Shown here: positions 1 through 12,475 of the stretch, one piece after another
Layout of the letters: each line of letters opens with the position of its first letter
Position numbering within the stretch: position 1 is the stretch's first letter
Assembly: GCA_008632985.1 (NCBI GenBank)
Contig: QPGO01000114.1
Coordinates: forward strand, 124,001 to 188,000
Reading direction: 5' to 3'
Source: Psammoneis japonica
Lineage: Eukaryota
DNA: 64,000 nucleotides
The notes under the pieces: generated by a model
Databases searched by the model: none
Told to the model about the DNA's origin: nothing
The model's input: the letters and a program-made list of their open reading frames with translations, nothing else
Position numbers and translations under genes: made by a program

Positions 1-790
1 GCATGGCACCCACGGCACAAAGGACCGCCGCCGTGCCCATGGCGTAAAAGGGTGCCAGTGCATTTAAATTTTTAAAGAGGCACAGGGGTAAAACGCCAAT
101 TCACGTGACGACAAGGAGGCACACCACGACGGACCAACAGACATTGATTCCTTCCAGCAAGAGCTGCAAGGATTGAGACAAGATGGATGCGTTGGCAAAG
201 CAACCTGATGCAAATTAGGGAAAGGAGTAGTTAGCTAGAAAAGTTTGTCAAGAGTCGTTTCAACAAGAATACGTACATCATACTCTTGTCTACAATGATC
301 CTAAGCACATTTCGCTTCCAGGACTAGAGCACCTACGTAGCAACGGATCAAGAGTACTGGCTATTCCCACAGTCAATCGTCCTTTATGCCCAACCGTTCG
401 TTCCTCGTTCCCAACACTCACGGTATAGTTAGCCTAAATTAGATGAAATTCCAATTCTGTAGAGGAATGAAAAATTGCATGAGTATTGACGGCAGCAAGT
501 GATTTTTTGTATGACCTGTATCCACCAATTTGTATAACTCACAGTAAACAAAAATACCCAAAAATGGCTCCCAGCACGACAGTCCACCCTACATCGTTGA
601 ACACACATGGTGGGAACACAACATGACAACAAACGCTGACGCTGATGCCGTTGGCTGGTTCAATAACTGGGAATAAAATAGCATTAGTGTCGGTCGACAG
701 GGTTGGCCTTTTCCGCTATCTCGGTCCCTTGTTTCCCCCGTTCAGCGGTCGCCCCACCATTTTCACTTCAGCTTTTTCTCAAAGGGAATG
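1..790. repeat. Near-identical direct duplicate of 4288-5097 (runs off the left window edge)
   Basis: Sequence from base 1 (gcatggcacccacggcacaaagg...) recurs at 4288 with only a few substitutions and indels; identical 67-aa ORFs at 429-632 and 4715-4918. Confidence 0.95.
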
Positions 791-1012
791 CGTCTGCCCT
801 CCATCAGTCTTCAGTTTTAATAAGGTGGACCAGGTCGGAGGGAGAATTTCTGATTTCGAAATTTGTATATTTTATTGTATGTCCCCGTATATCGTATATC
901 CTGAAAGACCTCGTCAGTACTGGGCCAACTCGTACGCTTCTACTGAACTGAAATCAAAATGAAATGGTAAAAAACGTACGAAGAGCTACACAGTCGAATT
1001 GCTGTACCTTCA

Positions 1013-1230
1013 GTAGCTAGCTAGAGTGCGAGCCTCTCTCTTAGAGGGCCCTACCGGTACTCTAGAGTCTAAGTAGCTAGCTCTAGCTACTAGAGAGAGA
1101 GAGAGAGAGAGAGAGTAGGGGTCTAGTGGGGGTCTAGTAGAGCTAGCCTCTCTCTCTCTAGAGTAGAGGGTAGAGGGCCCTCTCATCTCTACTCTAGCTA
1201 GAGTAGCGCAGAGAGCTTAGATTGGCTAGA
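1013..1230. repeat. CTAG/GTAG-rich low-complexity tract containing an (AG)n microsatellite (1092-1115)
   Basis: Dense tagctag/ctctag/ctac words and an AG run. Confidence 0.85.
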
Positions 1231-2204
1231 CAAATCTCGCGCAGACAGCACCTTCAACTTTTCAGCATCCACCATGAAACCAGTCACCAGTCCAAAGTCC
1301 AAACATCTCTTGAGAGGAGAGAGGAGTTGAGGAGCTGGAGATAGTGAAGCGAATAAGAGGTCGCCAGTGGGTTAAATTTGATTTACGACGCCTTGCTCCA
1401 ATCCTTTTATCCACACCGACACCAAAGAACACGAAGCAGCCTTTCAGCAGCAAATGCCCGGGGAGATGACGACTCGTTCCGTGTTGCCTCACATCTGCAT
1501 TCAAATGTTTTGTCTTTTCTGCACATCTTGTTTTGGTGAGCCACAAAATTTGAAGTTGTGCTGAACAATTGCTTTTCTCCCAGTGACCATCCAAATGCGC
1601 AATTTCCATGTCGCAACCAACCCCCTGAGGTTGATTGGAAGACCCATTTCCAATCATTTCGGAGACTTGTCCAGCTGCGGGCATCTGGGAGAACCAGGTT
1701 AAGCTCCATGCGCTTTATAGTCCTCAGGCACAAGAACTAAAGCTTTATAATGACAAGCTCGGCACCAACAGAGCCATCTTTATAGTGTGGTTGCAATGCA
1801 GCATTTCACAACATGCTCGGTTATGAACATCAAGCTTCGTCGCACCGACCGCCTTCACTGCTCTAGAGAGTATTGGTGCAGAAAAGCCGAGATCCGTATT
1901 TTTCCAACTTATAACTGAGGAGCTTATTGCGAACAAAACTCTAGAGCATTTCGTAAAACTCAACAAAAGTCACCATGACACGATTGTCAATGTTGGACGG
2001 CAATCCACGTGAACGACCCATTCTGAGAGTGTTAAAAAAAGATCTCAGGGTGTCGGGAGTTTGTGTAAAATCGGGGTAAGACGGCCAAGGCGACATAAGA
2101 CTAGCTATTCACACTAGAACGAGCATTGCATAGAAAGAGGGCAACGCGTTCAGCCCAAGCACATTGACGACAACAGAGCACACACGAACGAATGGCCACA
2201 AGCT

Positions 2205-2962
2205 TTACCTAGCATGAGCCGCCGTCTTCAAGGGTATGACAATAGCACAATGCGGGGGCAGAGTGTAAGTTTGACTGGATGCGCCACCAAACGTTTCGTC
2301 GTCTAAAACCGCACCACCTGCAGCATTCGAGATAATCTTTCGAGCAGCCACATTGGCGCTCTCTGCGTGGCTGACATCGTGGTCGTCGAACTGTTCGACA
2401 AGGGCGCACTGCGTTGACGTTACCAACACAGCGGCTCCACCATCGTACACACATGCCTGAAGCAACTCGGTGCCTCCACCCTTGTTCCAACACGACAACG
2501 GTCATTCGGTCGGTAAAGCCAAGAGTCAACACATTGGACGCCAGCACACTCTTTTCCGACAGTTCGCTCGGAGGAAATTCGACTTGTGCCTTATAACCGG
2601 CATTAGCATCAATGTGTAATTCAGCACAAGCCCATGGCACGCGTGGTGGTATCTGCACCTAGAAGCGGGATAGTCATGGCACATGTCGGACCACCATGAG
2701 GACAACCAGCCACCTTGGTCGTAGTTGTAATGTTCAACAATTTGCGAATGTCTCGGGGATCTGCATTTGCCTTGAACGATGCACGATGCTGACTGACAAA
2801 AGAGGATTTCGCGTCAAGACAAAAAAACTTGACATCGGCATGGTGCGGAAAGACTTGTTTCAACCGGGCCGTGGCGCGTCCAAGAGATAGGACGGAGTGG
2901 AGCCTCCCGTTAAACACGATGGGTGACGTTTCAATTCCTCGGCATGATACAGTTTCAAGCAA
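2205..2962 (-). pseudogene. Frameshifted coding remnant, product unknown
   Basis: Three overlapping minus-strand ORFs (2621-2962, 2209-2658, 2205-2498) read as consecutive protein-like segments in shifting frames; no motif recognised. Confidence 0.35.
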
Positions 2963-2986
2963 TGGTCTCGATGCTTCAGCGTCTCG

Positions 2987-3560
2987 TCATCCTTGGCTTT
3001 GTGCATGTGTTTCACGTCGTTTGGCTTCAATGACAAGTGGGTATTGAATCATGCAATTGTAGAGAGACGTGGTACCGGCCTTTTGCGCACCCAACATAAA
3101 CGACGGTGTAGGACGTGTTCCCATATCCACCAAACGATCAATCGACCACCTTATCTGTACCAACTGCTCTCCCGGCTGCAACTGATATCGCTTCTTGACA
3201 ACATGGTCACTATCGACGTAATCCAATATTAAGTGCACACGATGATTGACAGTACAGCAATTGGATACTGCGTGCTTGACTTGCTGTTGGAGTTCGACCT
3301 CGTCCACCTCAAATAGCTCGATCACGGAATCTAACAGATCGAAAAGTTGTCGAATGGCACAACCGAGCGAGGAACAAGCATTGGCATCTACTCTACTTAC
3401 TAACTCGCCGTCGTCTTTCCCGACATAATGAATGTTGTTCATCGCGAGGGACGTCCTTAACATGTGAGTAGACGCCATGGCGTTGGAGATTCCGCCAAGA
3501 CCTAGTGCCACCGCGACAATAGGATCTACAACACTTTGAACCATTGCACTGCTTTGCACG
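2987..3560 (-). pseudogene. Truncated sulfotransferase gene (PAPS-binding 5'-PSB motif)
   Basis: PSFMLGAQKAGTTSLYNCMIQYPLVIEAKRRETH matches the GxxKxGTTxL...HP...KETH N-terminal motif of heparan-sulfate-type sulfotransferases; the ORF stops right after it. Confidence 0.65.
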
Positions 3561-3909
3561 ATGACTTCTTTTCTTGGCGTCAAATACAGTAACCGGAATC
3601 CACGACATTTGATGAGAACGGTGCGCCATCCCAATATCAAGACCTTTCCGAGCAACCACTTTTTCGACAACCAAGCACGCACTGCCTACCGCGGGTAACT
3701 TTGGGCTCTCATCAATCATCAAAGCGCGCATGAGCTCAAAAGTCCGTTGTCAAATCAGTACGTCAGATCGTAATCGACTCCTTTTATCAAATACACGCTC
3801 CCTTCAAGATCCCGTAAACGATTTACTTAATCACTCACGTGCACCACATTCCTTATATGCACGTCCTTGCTGAATCGAGAGATTCCAACTCTTGCTCGTA
3901 TCCCTCGTT

Positions 3910-4490
3910 TCATTGTTGGATACTTCGAATGAGTTTGGCTTTCATGGACAAGGAATCCTTGGGCGAGTAATTGTTGAGAATGTACGAGTCGCAATCTTGC
4001 CGAAACGTCAAAAAGCCCACAACAGCAATGGAAAAGTACACGACGGCAGTCAAGCCGAACGAGTAGAAAACGACTTGGCCAAATCGAGGAAGGCTGGCGT
4101 CCTTGAGTTCGGCGTAAAAGCGTGGACTATTGTAGTGCGTGTCAAAACTTGTATACCATGCAAACAAAGGGTAAGACACTAGTCGAATACCAAGGCGATG
4201 TTCTTTTCCCAAAGGGATCTCGTGAAATGCTGCTCTCGGCATCGTATTGACCACCCGATTGATAGGAACCGTCCATGTATCGCACAAGCATGGCACCCAC
4301 GGCACAAAGGACCGCCGCCGTGCCCATGGAGTAAAAGGGTGCCAGTGCATTTAAATTTTTAAAGAGGCACAGGGGTAAACGCCAATTCACGTGACGACAA
4401 GGAGGCACACCACGACGGACCAACAGACATTGATTCCTTCCAGCAAGAGCTGCAAGGATTGAGACAAGATGGATGCGTTGGCAAAGCAAC
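3910..4490 (-). pseudogene. Amino-acid transporter (Aa_trans/SLC38-like) fragment, frameshifted and 3' truncated
   Basis: LNALAPFYSMGTAAV...VRYMDGSY and HYNSPRFYAELKDASLPRFGQVV...GFLTF..DSYILNNYS lie in different frames. Confidence 0.7.
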
Positions 4491-5097
4491 CTGATGCAAA
4501 TTAGGGAAAGGAGTAGTTAGCTAGAAAAGTTTGTCAAGAGTCGTTTCAACAAGAATACGTACATCATACTCTTGTCTACAATGATCCTAAGCACATTTCG
4601 CTTCCAGGACTAGAGCACCTACGTAGCAACGGATCAAGAGTACTGGCTATTCCCACAGTCAATCGTCCTTTATGCCCAACCGTTCGTTCCTCGTTCCCAA
4701 CACTCACGGTATAGTTAGCCTAAATTAGATGAAATTCCAATTCTGTAGAGGAATGAAAAATTGCATGAGTATTGACGGCAGCAAGTGATTTTTTGTATGA
4801 CCTGTATCCACCAATTTGTATAACTCACAGTAAACAAAAATACCCAAAAATGGCTCCCAGCACGACAGTCCACCCTACATCGTTGAACACACATGGTGGG
4901 AACACAACATGACAACAAACGCTGACGCTGATTCCGTTGGCTGGTTCAATAACTGGGAATAAAATAGCATTGTAGTGTCGGTCGACAGGGTTGGCCTTTT
5001 CCGCTATCTCGGTCCCTTGTTTCCCTTTCAGCGGTCGCCCACCATTTTCATTATTCAGCGTTTTATTCGTTCTTCTACGCGCTTTCTCAAGGGAATG
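4288..5097. repeat. Second copy of the 1-790 duplication
   Basis: Direct sequence match, offset about 4287 bp. Confidence 0.95.
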
Positions 5098-5482
5098 GAC
5101 TTTGCTGCCTTTCAAAATCTCGGTTGCTTTGCGCAGCCATTTACTCATTCAATACGCAAATCCTTCGTTCATATATGTCTTTTTCCCATCGTGGGAACTT
5201 GCCCCAGCGGTTCTTCTCGATCTTCTGCTCAGAGGCATCCATTTTGACGAAAGCTCGGACCTTCCGAAAAACGTTTTGCCAATTAGCATCATAACCGAGA
5301 ATGTGACGTGGTATCTCGCGTCCATTGTATTCCAAACCAAGTACTCGAACGACCGAATGGTTGATTTTGGGATCAACAAGCATGATTTGCCTCTCCTGGG
5401 TCATGTTATACCTCGGAGCCGCAATTTGTGTGCTTCCGTGAGTGTCGCTATTCAACCGCGGCGCAATCGATGAAACCGACAT
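5030..5482 (-). pseudogene. Hypothetical protein, probably frameshifted
   Basis: ATG-initiated 113-aa ORF 5141-5482 appears to continue as LSKWLRKATEILKG... in another frame. Confidence 0.3.
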
Positions 5483-6116
5483 ATCTCAGCAAATCTAAAA
5501 CATGAACATGTACTTGAATACTGTTAGATCGTGTGTGCAAGGTTTGGTAGTTGTTATCGTAATAGGCATAGCGCTACAAGACGACGCGTCGGCGGCACTC
5601 GTCATGGTGTGCGATTTTTGCGGTGTTTGGGAAAAGTGGTTTTCAACAGGTCCCGTACGAAGGCCGGACGGAACCGCGCTGAGCGAGGCAGGTCGATCGC
5701 TTCTTACAGTACGAAGTACCGGTACCGGTAGAGAGGTCGCTTCGGCCTCTCTTTCTCTTTCTTCATTCTCTCACTTTGGGGGGCGTCTTTGGAAGTGAGA
5801 GCGTCGAAGGCGGTCTGATCGCCAGTGCGTTTGGGGGTTTTCCCAGTACAATTTGTACGCACAAGAAAACACGTAGGATCTGTCCAGAGGTCCCAAATAC
5901 CCAATCGCACTGATTGACAGACTGTTTTAGTACAAATTCTACGTAACTTTCTTCGACAGTCTCACTTCCGAAGACGTCCCCCAACTTCTTGCGGATGATT
6001 TTCCTGTTCGTGAGGATCAGATCCCTTCGATAGCTTGATCGCTGTTGGAGTACTTTATACTTTAGACATCGTTGTTTACCCCAGCTTATGCTGCTGATAT
6101 CTAGCTCATTTCCGTC

Positions 6117-7226
6117 ATGGTGATGGATGACTTTACGTGGCGGCTAGTCATGCGCTGGCTTGATGCTCGGGATGTCGGATCTGCGTCCAGAGTGTGTAAA
6201 TCCTGGAACAAAATGCTCTCCTCAAGTCAAGACTGTGGAGACTTGTGGAAACAAATCTGCACAAACACTTATTCCGAGAGTACGGTCCAGAGTTTTCTCT
6301 CCGTACAACCGAACTGGGATTTCCGTCGCTTGGCTGAAGCGCTCCAGAGTTTTCTCTCCGTAAAACCGCACTGGGATTTCCGTCGCTTGGCTGAAGCGCT
6401 CTCCAGGGAAGGGCTGATGGAGGAGCTTCCAATAGTTCCACTCACTCACAACCTTCCGTTGAACTCCATCTTTGCAGATGTGGAACTCTACCGAATCGAG
6501 AGATCCAACGATGTCAACAAAAACAATGGTCGCCGACACGTCATAGCTTCATGGACGCACGATCAGATTTGTCCCGATGCTTCGGATCAAATGTTGCGTG
6601 TGCGCGACACCGGAGGGGTGCTCACGGTTGAAAATCCGTACGCATCATCAACAGAATCCGGTCGAAAGTTTTGGTACTGTGATGATGATGAAGCGCTCGG
6701 TTTGAAGGGCATCACTGGCATCACAAGAGACATTGTAGAAGATGCTGTGACAACACAGATTTGCACAGATTTCCCCCGACTCCAAGTTACTCTGTTCAGG
6801 CGTGACAACATGAAATCAGTGTGCATTATAGACAGTGAACTCAACCACGGAACCGAATATACGTACCCTGACATCTACGAAAAGATGTTCTCTTGGACGA
6901 ATGAAGACATCAAGGTAGATTGCACTGATGCTGGAGGAAGGGCTCTCATTTTACAGGCCGAACATTTTGCACATGCCTTTCAATGCGAAGCGGATGTCCA
7001 TTTGAGAATCTTAGAGGAGAAGGAATTTCCTTGGCTTTCAGAGCTGAGAGACTGCAGAGGAGGGAAGCAGATTCGCAGCTTACTATCCAAAATACCTGCC
7101 TTCAAGGTTCAAATTTGTGACTTTAATCTGAGTTTTCATTGCACCAACACTGATTACCAGTATGTCTTATTTTTGGTGAGTGAAAATAACACGGCTGTCG
7201 CATTGGAAGGCTTGCGTTGGCGATGA
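6117..7226 (+). CDS. F-box domain protein, 369 aa
   Basis: N-terminal MDDFTWRLVMRWLDARDVGSASRVCKSWNKML...DLWKQIC is an F-box signature; uninterrupted ATG-TGA ORF with normal Tyr content. Confidence 0.85.
   Translation: MVMDDFTWRLVMRWLDARDVGSASRVCKSWNKMLSSSQDCGDLWKQICTNTYSESTVQSFLSVQPNWDFRRLAEALQSFLSVKPHWDFRRLAEALSREGLMEELPIVPLTHNLPLNSIFADVELYRIERSNDVNKNNGRRHVIASWTHDQICPDASDQMLRVRDTGGVLTVENPYASSTESGRKFWYCDDDEALGLKGITGITRDIVEDAVTTQICTDFPRLQVTLFRRDNMKSVCIIDSELNHGTEYTYPDIYEKMFSWTNEDIKVDCTDAGGRALILQAEHFAHAFQCEADVHLRILEEKEFPWLSELRDCRGGKQIRSLLSKIPAFKVQICDFNLSFHCTNTDYQYVLFLVSENNTAVALEGLRWR
6286..6399 (+). repeat. In-frame 57-bp tandem duplication inside the F-box gene
   Basis: QSFLSVQPNWDFRRLAEAL / QSFLSVKPHWDFRRLAEAL. 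Confidence 0.95.
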
Positions 7227-8315
7227 GCGAAGGAAGTGGAGGTATTGATGGTTGCGTTCCTACCTATAGAAAAGGCAGCACTCATCAAGTAGACAGCTTA
7301 GATTTGCTCTCAGCATGTACGGTATTGCGGGTCGTGAAAGTCACTCAAGTATCAATATCCTGAAGCATGGTGGGAAAGACATTGTAGTTTATTGAGCCTT
7401 TGCATGCCGATACATGGCGACTCGTTCGGCATCTACATGGCTTGATTATTTATCATTAGACGTTTGACGTACTACTGTGGTATTTTTATTGTCTATCATT
7501 AGACATTTGTCGAACTTTGGGCGTATTTAGTATCACATGTTGCAGAGTTGGAAGCGGTGCGGTATGCCGGTAGATACTCAACACTTCTGACCCGAGGTAA
7601 ACAAGTTGGCAGTGCATAGATGCTATTGGCGCTACGAAGTTTGGACGATCGTGTTTGTTTCATGTTGAATACCAATGGATTCATCAGTTGTTCTTGGCTT
7701 TGGTACTTGAGATGCTAGTGGCTTTCATTTTCAAAACAAGTGGTGCGAGTAGCGATGCTTTTCAATTGTTCCATGCGAGAATGGCCGTTTGCTACATTGG
7801 CCATGGACCACATAATATGTTCCACATCAGTTCATATTTTTATCATCATTCGAACAATCTTTGGTACTAGAAAAGCTTTCGTGAAACTACAATGCTATCT
7901 CCTCTTTCTCAGATAACAATCCAGTCTGTCTCCTCTCTCGGGCTAGAGAGACAAAATGTACAACCGCGTGATCGCCCCAAACAATGCACGGCTGTGTTGA
8001 ATATACCAATGGATTCATCATTTTTGCTCGACTTTGGTAATTGAGATGCACGAGTATCGATGCCTTTCGATTGTTCCATACAAGAGTGGTCGTGTACTAC
8101 ATTGGCCTAGACGGCATCTCTAGCTTGTACTATTTCCTATATTTTCTCAACATTCGGTTTCACATGGAGTTATTTACTTTTCACTTCCGATTCGAGATTT
8201 CATTGGTTTGTTGTGTAGGCCACGCTTCATCTTTGTCGGTGGAGGAGCTCTTGTCAAACGACGACGGTGAGTAAAACAACAGGCAGCACGTGCTGATCAA
8301 GCCAAAGCCAGTTTA

Positions 8316-9194
8316 TCAATTCTTGTCTGCCAAGAAGGATATTGTATCCTGTACAATTTCGTCTCGCGGATGCTCGGCGTACATCAAGTGTCCCGCCCGT
8401 TGGTAGACTTTAACCGACATGTTGGCCTTGTTGGCCGCCTCGACGGCCTGTATTGGATCAATGACAGTTTCTTCTTGACCCAACAACAGCAGCACGGGAG
8501 ACAATGCCGTAATGGAGGCTAGCTGCGTAGCGTTAAATGCCTCGGGCCGGATTGCTACCCTCGACGGCCCTACTTGATACGAAGCATGTCGCAGTTCGGG
8601 TCGATGGAGATCATCCAGCGACCTTATATCTGGATCGGCCAACATGTATTCTTGAAACCAAGTTCGCATATGGTTTGCCAGAGTGCTGTCACTTCCATGA
8701 GACTCGAAACAATCCCTACCCAAAATGGCCCGCATAATCCAAGGCACTCGTAGAGGAGCCACAACGCCAGCCGGAGCCAGGAGGACAATCTTGTGCACCA
8801 ATTCAGAATGCTTCAATGCCACACATGATGCAATAAAACTACCGAGAGAATAACCAATCACGGAAACGGGCGTTTGAACATTCAACTGATTCAAGACTTG
8901 GTAAACCCAGTCGGCAATTTGTTCCTTGCTTTCGAGAGAACAGTCGTCTTGAGGAACACTTCGCCCCGATGTCTCCGACGGTGCCAATCACAATACAAGA
9001 ATAACCTTTTGATACCAAGGCTGGAACCAACCAATCTCCATACATGAGCGAGTTGGGCACCAATTCCATGAAAGAACACTACGGGAGGGGTTATCGTTTC
9101 TTTGCCATGACAATAAACACTTGTGTCTTACCAAATGCAGTCGGCAGAAGTCGCGACTCGCCTTTGTCATAATATTGCAAAGCGAGTTTGTCAT
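8316..9194 (-). pseudogene. Alpha/beta-hydrolase, frameshifted in its 5' part
   Basis: Nucleophile elbow VIGYSLGS, catalytic His region AGHLMYAEHP; oxyanion motif FFHGIG and NSLMYGDWLVP...IGTVGDIG sit in other frames. Confidence 0.75.
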
Positions 9195-9935
9195 AAATGG
9201 AAAGGAAACGCTTCCAGTCTTGTCCCTCGTGCCACTTAATGTTTGGTGATGAAAGAAACAACTATGGGCTATGGTGCTTGATGAGATGTGCTTGCGTGAA
9301 ATCGTTTCTGTCAGTCGAAGCTCGCGTGTCCGCGCAAGCTCCGAGTGCCTTCCTAACGTATCGCCGACTGGATGTCCACTCCAGATCGATGCCTCAGGCA
9401 GAATGCAAGTAGATAGAATCTACCAACGAGCAGTAACGAGCATTTGGTCTTTCACAAAAGTGCTAGTGACCAAATTATAAGCTACCTAGACTGAATCTGC
9501 TGAATGCACCCAAACAGAGGTTGATCTGCAGGTTTGCACACCAGAGACTGGTGCAAACTTCAGGGTTGACCACATTCACAACAATCGCCCAAATGCTGCT
9601 GAACCAATCCATGGTTGGCTCAACATCCATGCAAAGCCTGTGATCTCCAAAGCACCGCCTATGATCCCCAAAGCATTCGGCTTGAGAATCAAGTCGACGT
9701 GGTGCGAAAAGAGTTTCAACAAGAGCTCCGACTGACGGAAGTGCAGACACGACAGAGAATCTGGGTTGGTGGACAGACGAACCACGACTCTCCCTCTCAT
9801 TCACAGATTCCAGCAACCAACAAGAAAATCGCAAACGAGAAAGCTCACACAATTGGCACAAGTTCAGAGCAAAGCTCCTGCATCTTGACCGAGCCACAAC
9901 ACACAACAAACAAAGGAAGCGATGCTTCCAAAGTG

Positions 9936-11520
9936 CTGCCACCCTTGGACCTTCAACCGGCTGTTCTCGAAGAGCTCTCGAGTCAAAGGCTTGGCAAGAT
10001 GATTGGTGAGTTGCTCGGCTGATTCCACCTTGATCGTGTTGAACTCATCACAGTGCAACCAGAACCAACGCCACTTGACGAGAAAACACTTGGTGCGGCT
10101 GGTGATGCTGCGGTGGTTGGCAGCCAGGTGACAAGCGCCTTGATTGTCTTCGAGCACAAGCGCACGAACCAAAGTCCTGAGATCTTGGGAGATGTCCAGG
10201 GCAAAGACGATCTCAAGGAGCAGGTTCTTCAAAGGCAGGAGAGTCCGAAGAGCACAGGAGGCGGCTTGATGCTCGGCTTTGAGGGTGGAGCAGGAAACAG
10301 CCGACTGGAGCTGCGACGCGTTCCAGGTCCAGGTGGGACCTCGCACTGCTGAACTGTGACATCGATGGTTTTTTGAATCACGTCGTGTGTCGCGCACGTG
10401 GATTTCTGCGTGATTTTTTCGACATTTTGTGTCATTTTACGGTGCACTTGTTGAGCGATCCATCCAACAACTTTTGACATTTTTTGTTGCAGCACGATTC
10501 TACAATGTCTTAAGAATCGCGCAGGGCAGGCGCATTTGCAATGACGTCGAGTGGCAAGAGGCACAATTGTGCCACAAACTTGGCCGTTTGTTTGATGTTG
10601 AAGACAAACATGTCCATCAATTAAATTCTCGCACTGCGGAGCTCGCACGCAGAATTCTGCGGGCCCAATGTCACACGGAGTCCCACCTGGGGCTGGAACG
10701 CGTCCTGCGATTTCCACACCAAAGGGCATCCACTGAGAGTTGTGATGCATCCGGTGCAAGACCTCACAGAACTCGGATCAGAATCCGCTTCGCAGCAACA
10801 GAGACCAGCAAAATCGGCGTCGACCCACAAATCAAGATCCAATGGACCGGCTGGAGACAGCAGCATCCTGTGATCACTTGTCCTCTTCAAGCAGCGGACC
10901 AGAGTCTTGGCTGCTGTGGCGCGCTGCTGTTTTGGGTTGGAGTTGAAGCATGCAACCTGACTGACGGCGAGGGAAATGTCAGGGCGGGTGTTGGTGGACA
11001 GATGCAGGAGCACTCCAATGACGGAGGGACAGCTCCAGTCCTCCTGCATGGGAACTCCATCCGCATCAGTGCCGAGAGCTTGGGGCGCCGCGGGGAGCAA
11101 GTTCGGTTTGCCATCAACCAAGCCGGTGGCTGACAGGATCTTGTCAATCAACCCTTTCTGCATCAACTTGACAGCACCGTCATTTCACCTTTCGAACTTG
11201 ACACCCAAGAACTCGGCGAAACTGCCCTCCTTCGTCAACTCAAATCCTTTGTCGCATGGCTGAAATGTCAGCTGATCAATGGTGGACTCCTGCGCTGCAC
11301 TGATCCCGCAATCTTCGACATGCAGGCAGACCACACAATCATGGCGGAGCAGGAGACATTGGCTGCACTCGCTTTGGATGAAACCCAAGTCCCAGAAGGC
11401 TTGCAGACAATGCTTGCACCACAACTTTGGAGCCGAGTGGAGTCCACAGAGACTCTTGACGAGCTTGAGACAAGCCTCAGGTCCTTTCGTCAAACTGAAA
11501 CCTCGTGGAGTCAGCCCAAG
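9936..11520 (-). mobile_element. Ty1/copia (CoDi-type) pol fragment: RT and RNase H, interrupted by a MITE
   Basis: KSLCGLHSAPKLW (KSLYGL), LHVEDCGI (YVDD), TNTRPDISLAVSQ, VDADFAGL, CPLVWKSQ|LQSAVSCSTLKAEH, EDNQGAC, ending QGW. Confidence 0.9.
10315..10704. mobile_element. 390-bp MITE copy 1, 24-bp TIRs, TSD CTGC
   Basis: TIRs gacgcgttccaggtccaggtggga / tcccacctggggctggaacgcgtc, CTGC on both sides; removal restores WKSQ-LQS of the copia RNase H. Confidence 0.95.
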
Positions 11521-11680
11521 CAACCCGCTGGCCTTTCCATGATGGAGAAGCCATTCTGATGCTGCGCTGGCATCAGATCCGCCAAGTCCTGCGCCTCCGG
11601 ACAGTTTGCGTGCGACGGCCTCAATGGCTCCATCGGCGACAAGCACATCCTGAAGCTCTGGCAGCTCACTGAACTTGTTT
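11521..11680 (-). mobile_element. Short fragment resembling a CRE-like non-LTR retrotransposon RT N-terminal region
   Basis: IEAVARKLSGGAGLGGSDASAASEWLLHHGKAS resembles the SGxAGxxGxD...WLLxxGxAS motif; abuts the copia fragment. Confidence 0.5.
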
Positions 11681-11885
11681 TTTGAACAGAAAATGTTGCC
11701 TTTTCTCTTTGTCAGCAACTTCAGAAGAATGGCTCAGCACATTTCGACCCACAGACATTTGGTTCAGACGCTTGTGAAGCAGGGTGCACAGCAGTGCTGA
11801 CAAAACCCGTGTGTGGTGCAAAACTTTGAATGGGGCTGAAGATTTCGGAAATTGTCTCCAAAAGTCACTCTTCCATGGTGTCTAA
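11680..11885. repeat. Dispersed repeat; inverted copy at about 23527-23736
   Basis: Shared segments such as ttgtcagcaacttcagaagaatg, catttcgacccacagacatt and aaagtcactcttccatggtgtct. Confidence 0.85.
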
Positions 11886-11946
11886 AATGCGCGTGCACTC
11901 CACTCTCCATCGTGAGTCCATGCGTCAGCCGCTCCTCGTGGACTCA

Positions 11947-12160
11947 ACTCTCAGAGAATTCAGACAGACGATGCACCAGGGTTGTGTGCATGCACCGGCC
12001 GGCATTGTGCTCCAGTCATTGTGGGAAGGGTGCTTTTTCTGGTGTGTTTTGTGTGAAAAACTCAAGAGTGTGAAGAGCCCATTTTGAGCCAAATCTGCAA
12101 GAGCACCGGAAATTTGAACACATCATTTTTCGCCACTGTCTGTCTGAATTCTCTGAGAGT
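11947..12160. mobile_element. Nested MITE, 23-bp TIRs
   Basis: actctcagagaattcagacagac ... gtctgtctgaattctctgagagt. Confidence 0.8.
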
Positions 12161-12170
12161 CTAAGACATT

Positions 12171-12475
12171 GCCGTGATTGTCACAGAAAATCTGTGCCAA
12201 AATCAGAATCTGCACCCATTTTTCAGGGCTTTATAAAATCTGCACCTGCTCTGAACGGAAATCTGGAATCTGTGCCCCAGTGCAAACACGTAGAAAGCGC
12301 CAGGCCTGGCTGGGGAGGGGTTCTTCAAATCTGAGAAAACCCAAATCCAGTTTTAGAAGAATCAGTGAAAATCTACACTTTTTGAGAATCTGCATCTATT
12401 TCTCCGGAATGCTTGAAAATCTGCACCAATTTTGAACCGAAATCTGTGGCACAGATTTTCTATGACAATCACGGC
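12171..12475. mobile_element. Nested MITE, 29-bp TIRs, internal aaatctg repeats
   Basis: gccgtgattgtcacagaaaatctgtgcca ... tggcacagattttctatgacaatcacggc. Confidence 0.85.

Noticed and set aside
7655..8110. Diverged direct repeat (tgttgaat...accaatggattcatca) in the intergenic region
   Set aside because: Short and degenerate with no element hallmarks; nothing further can be supported.
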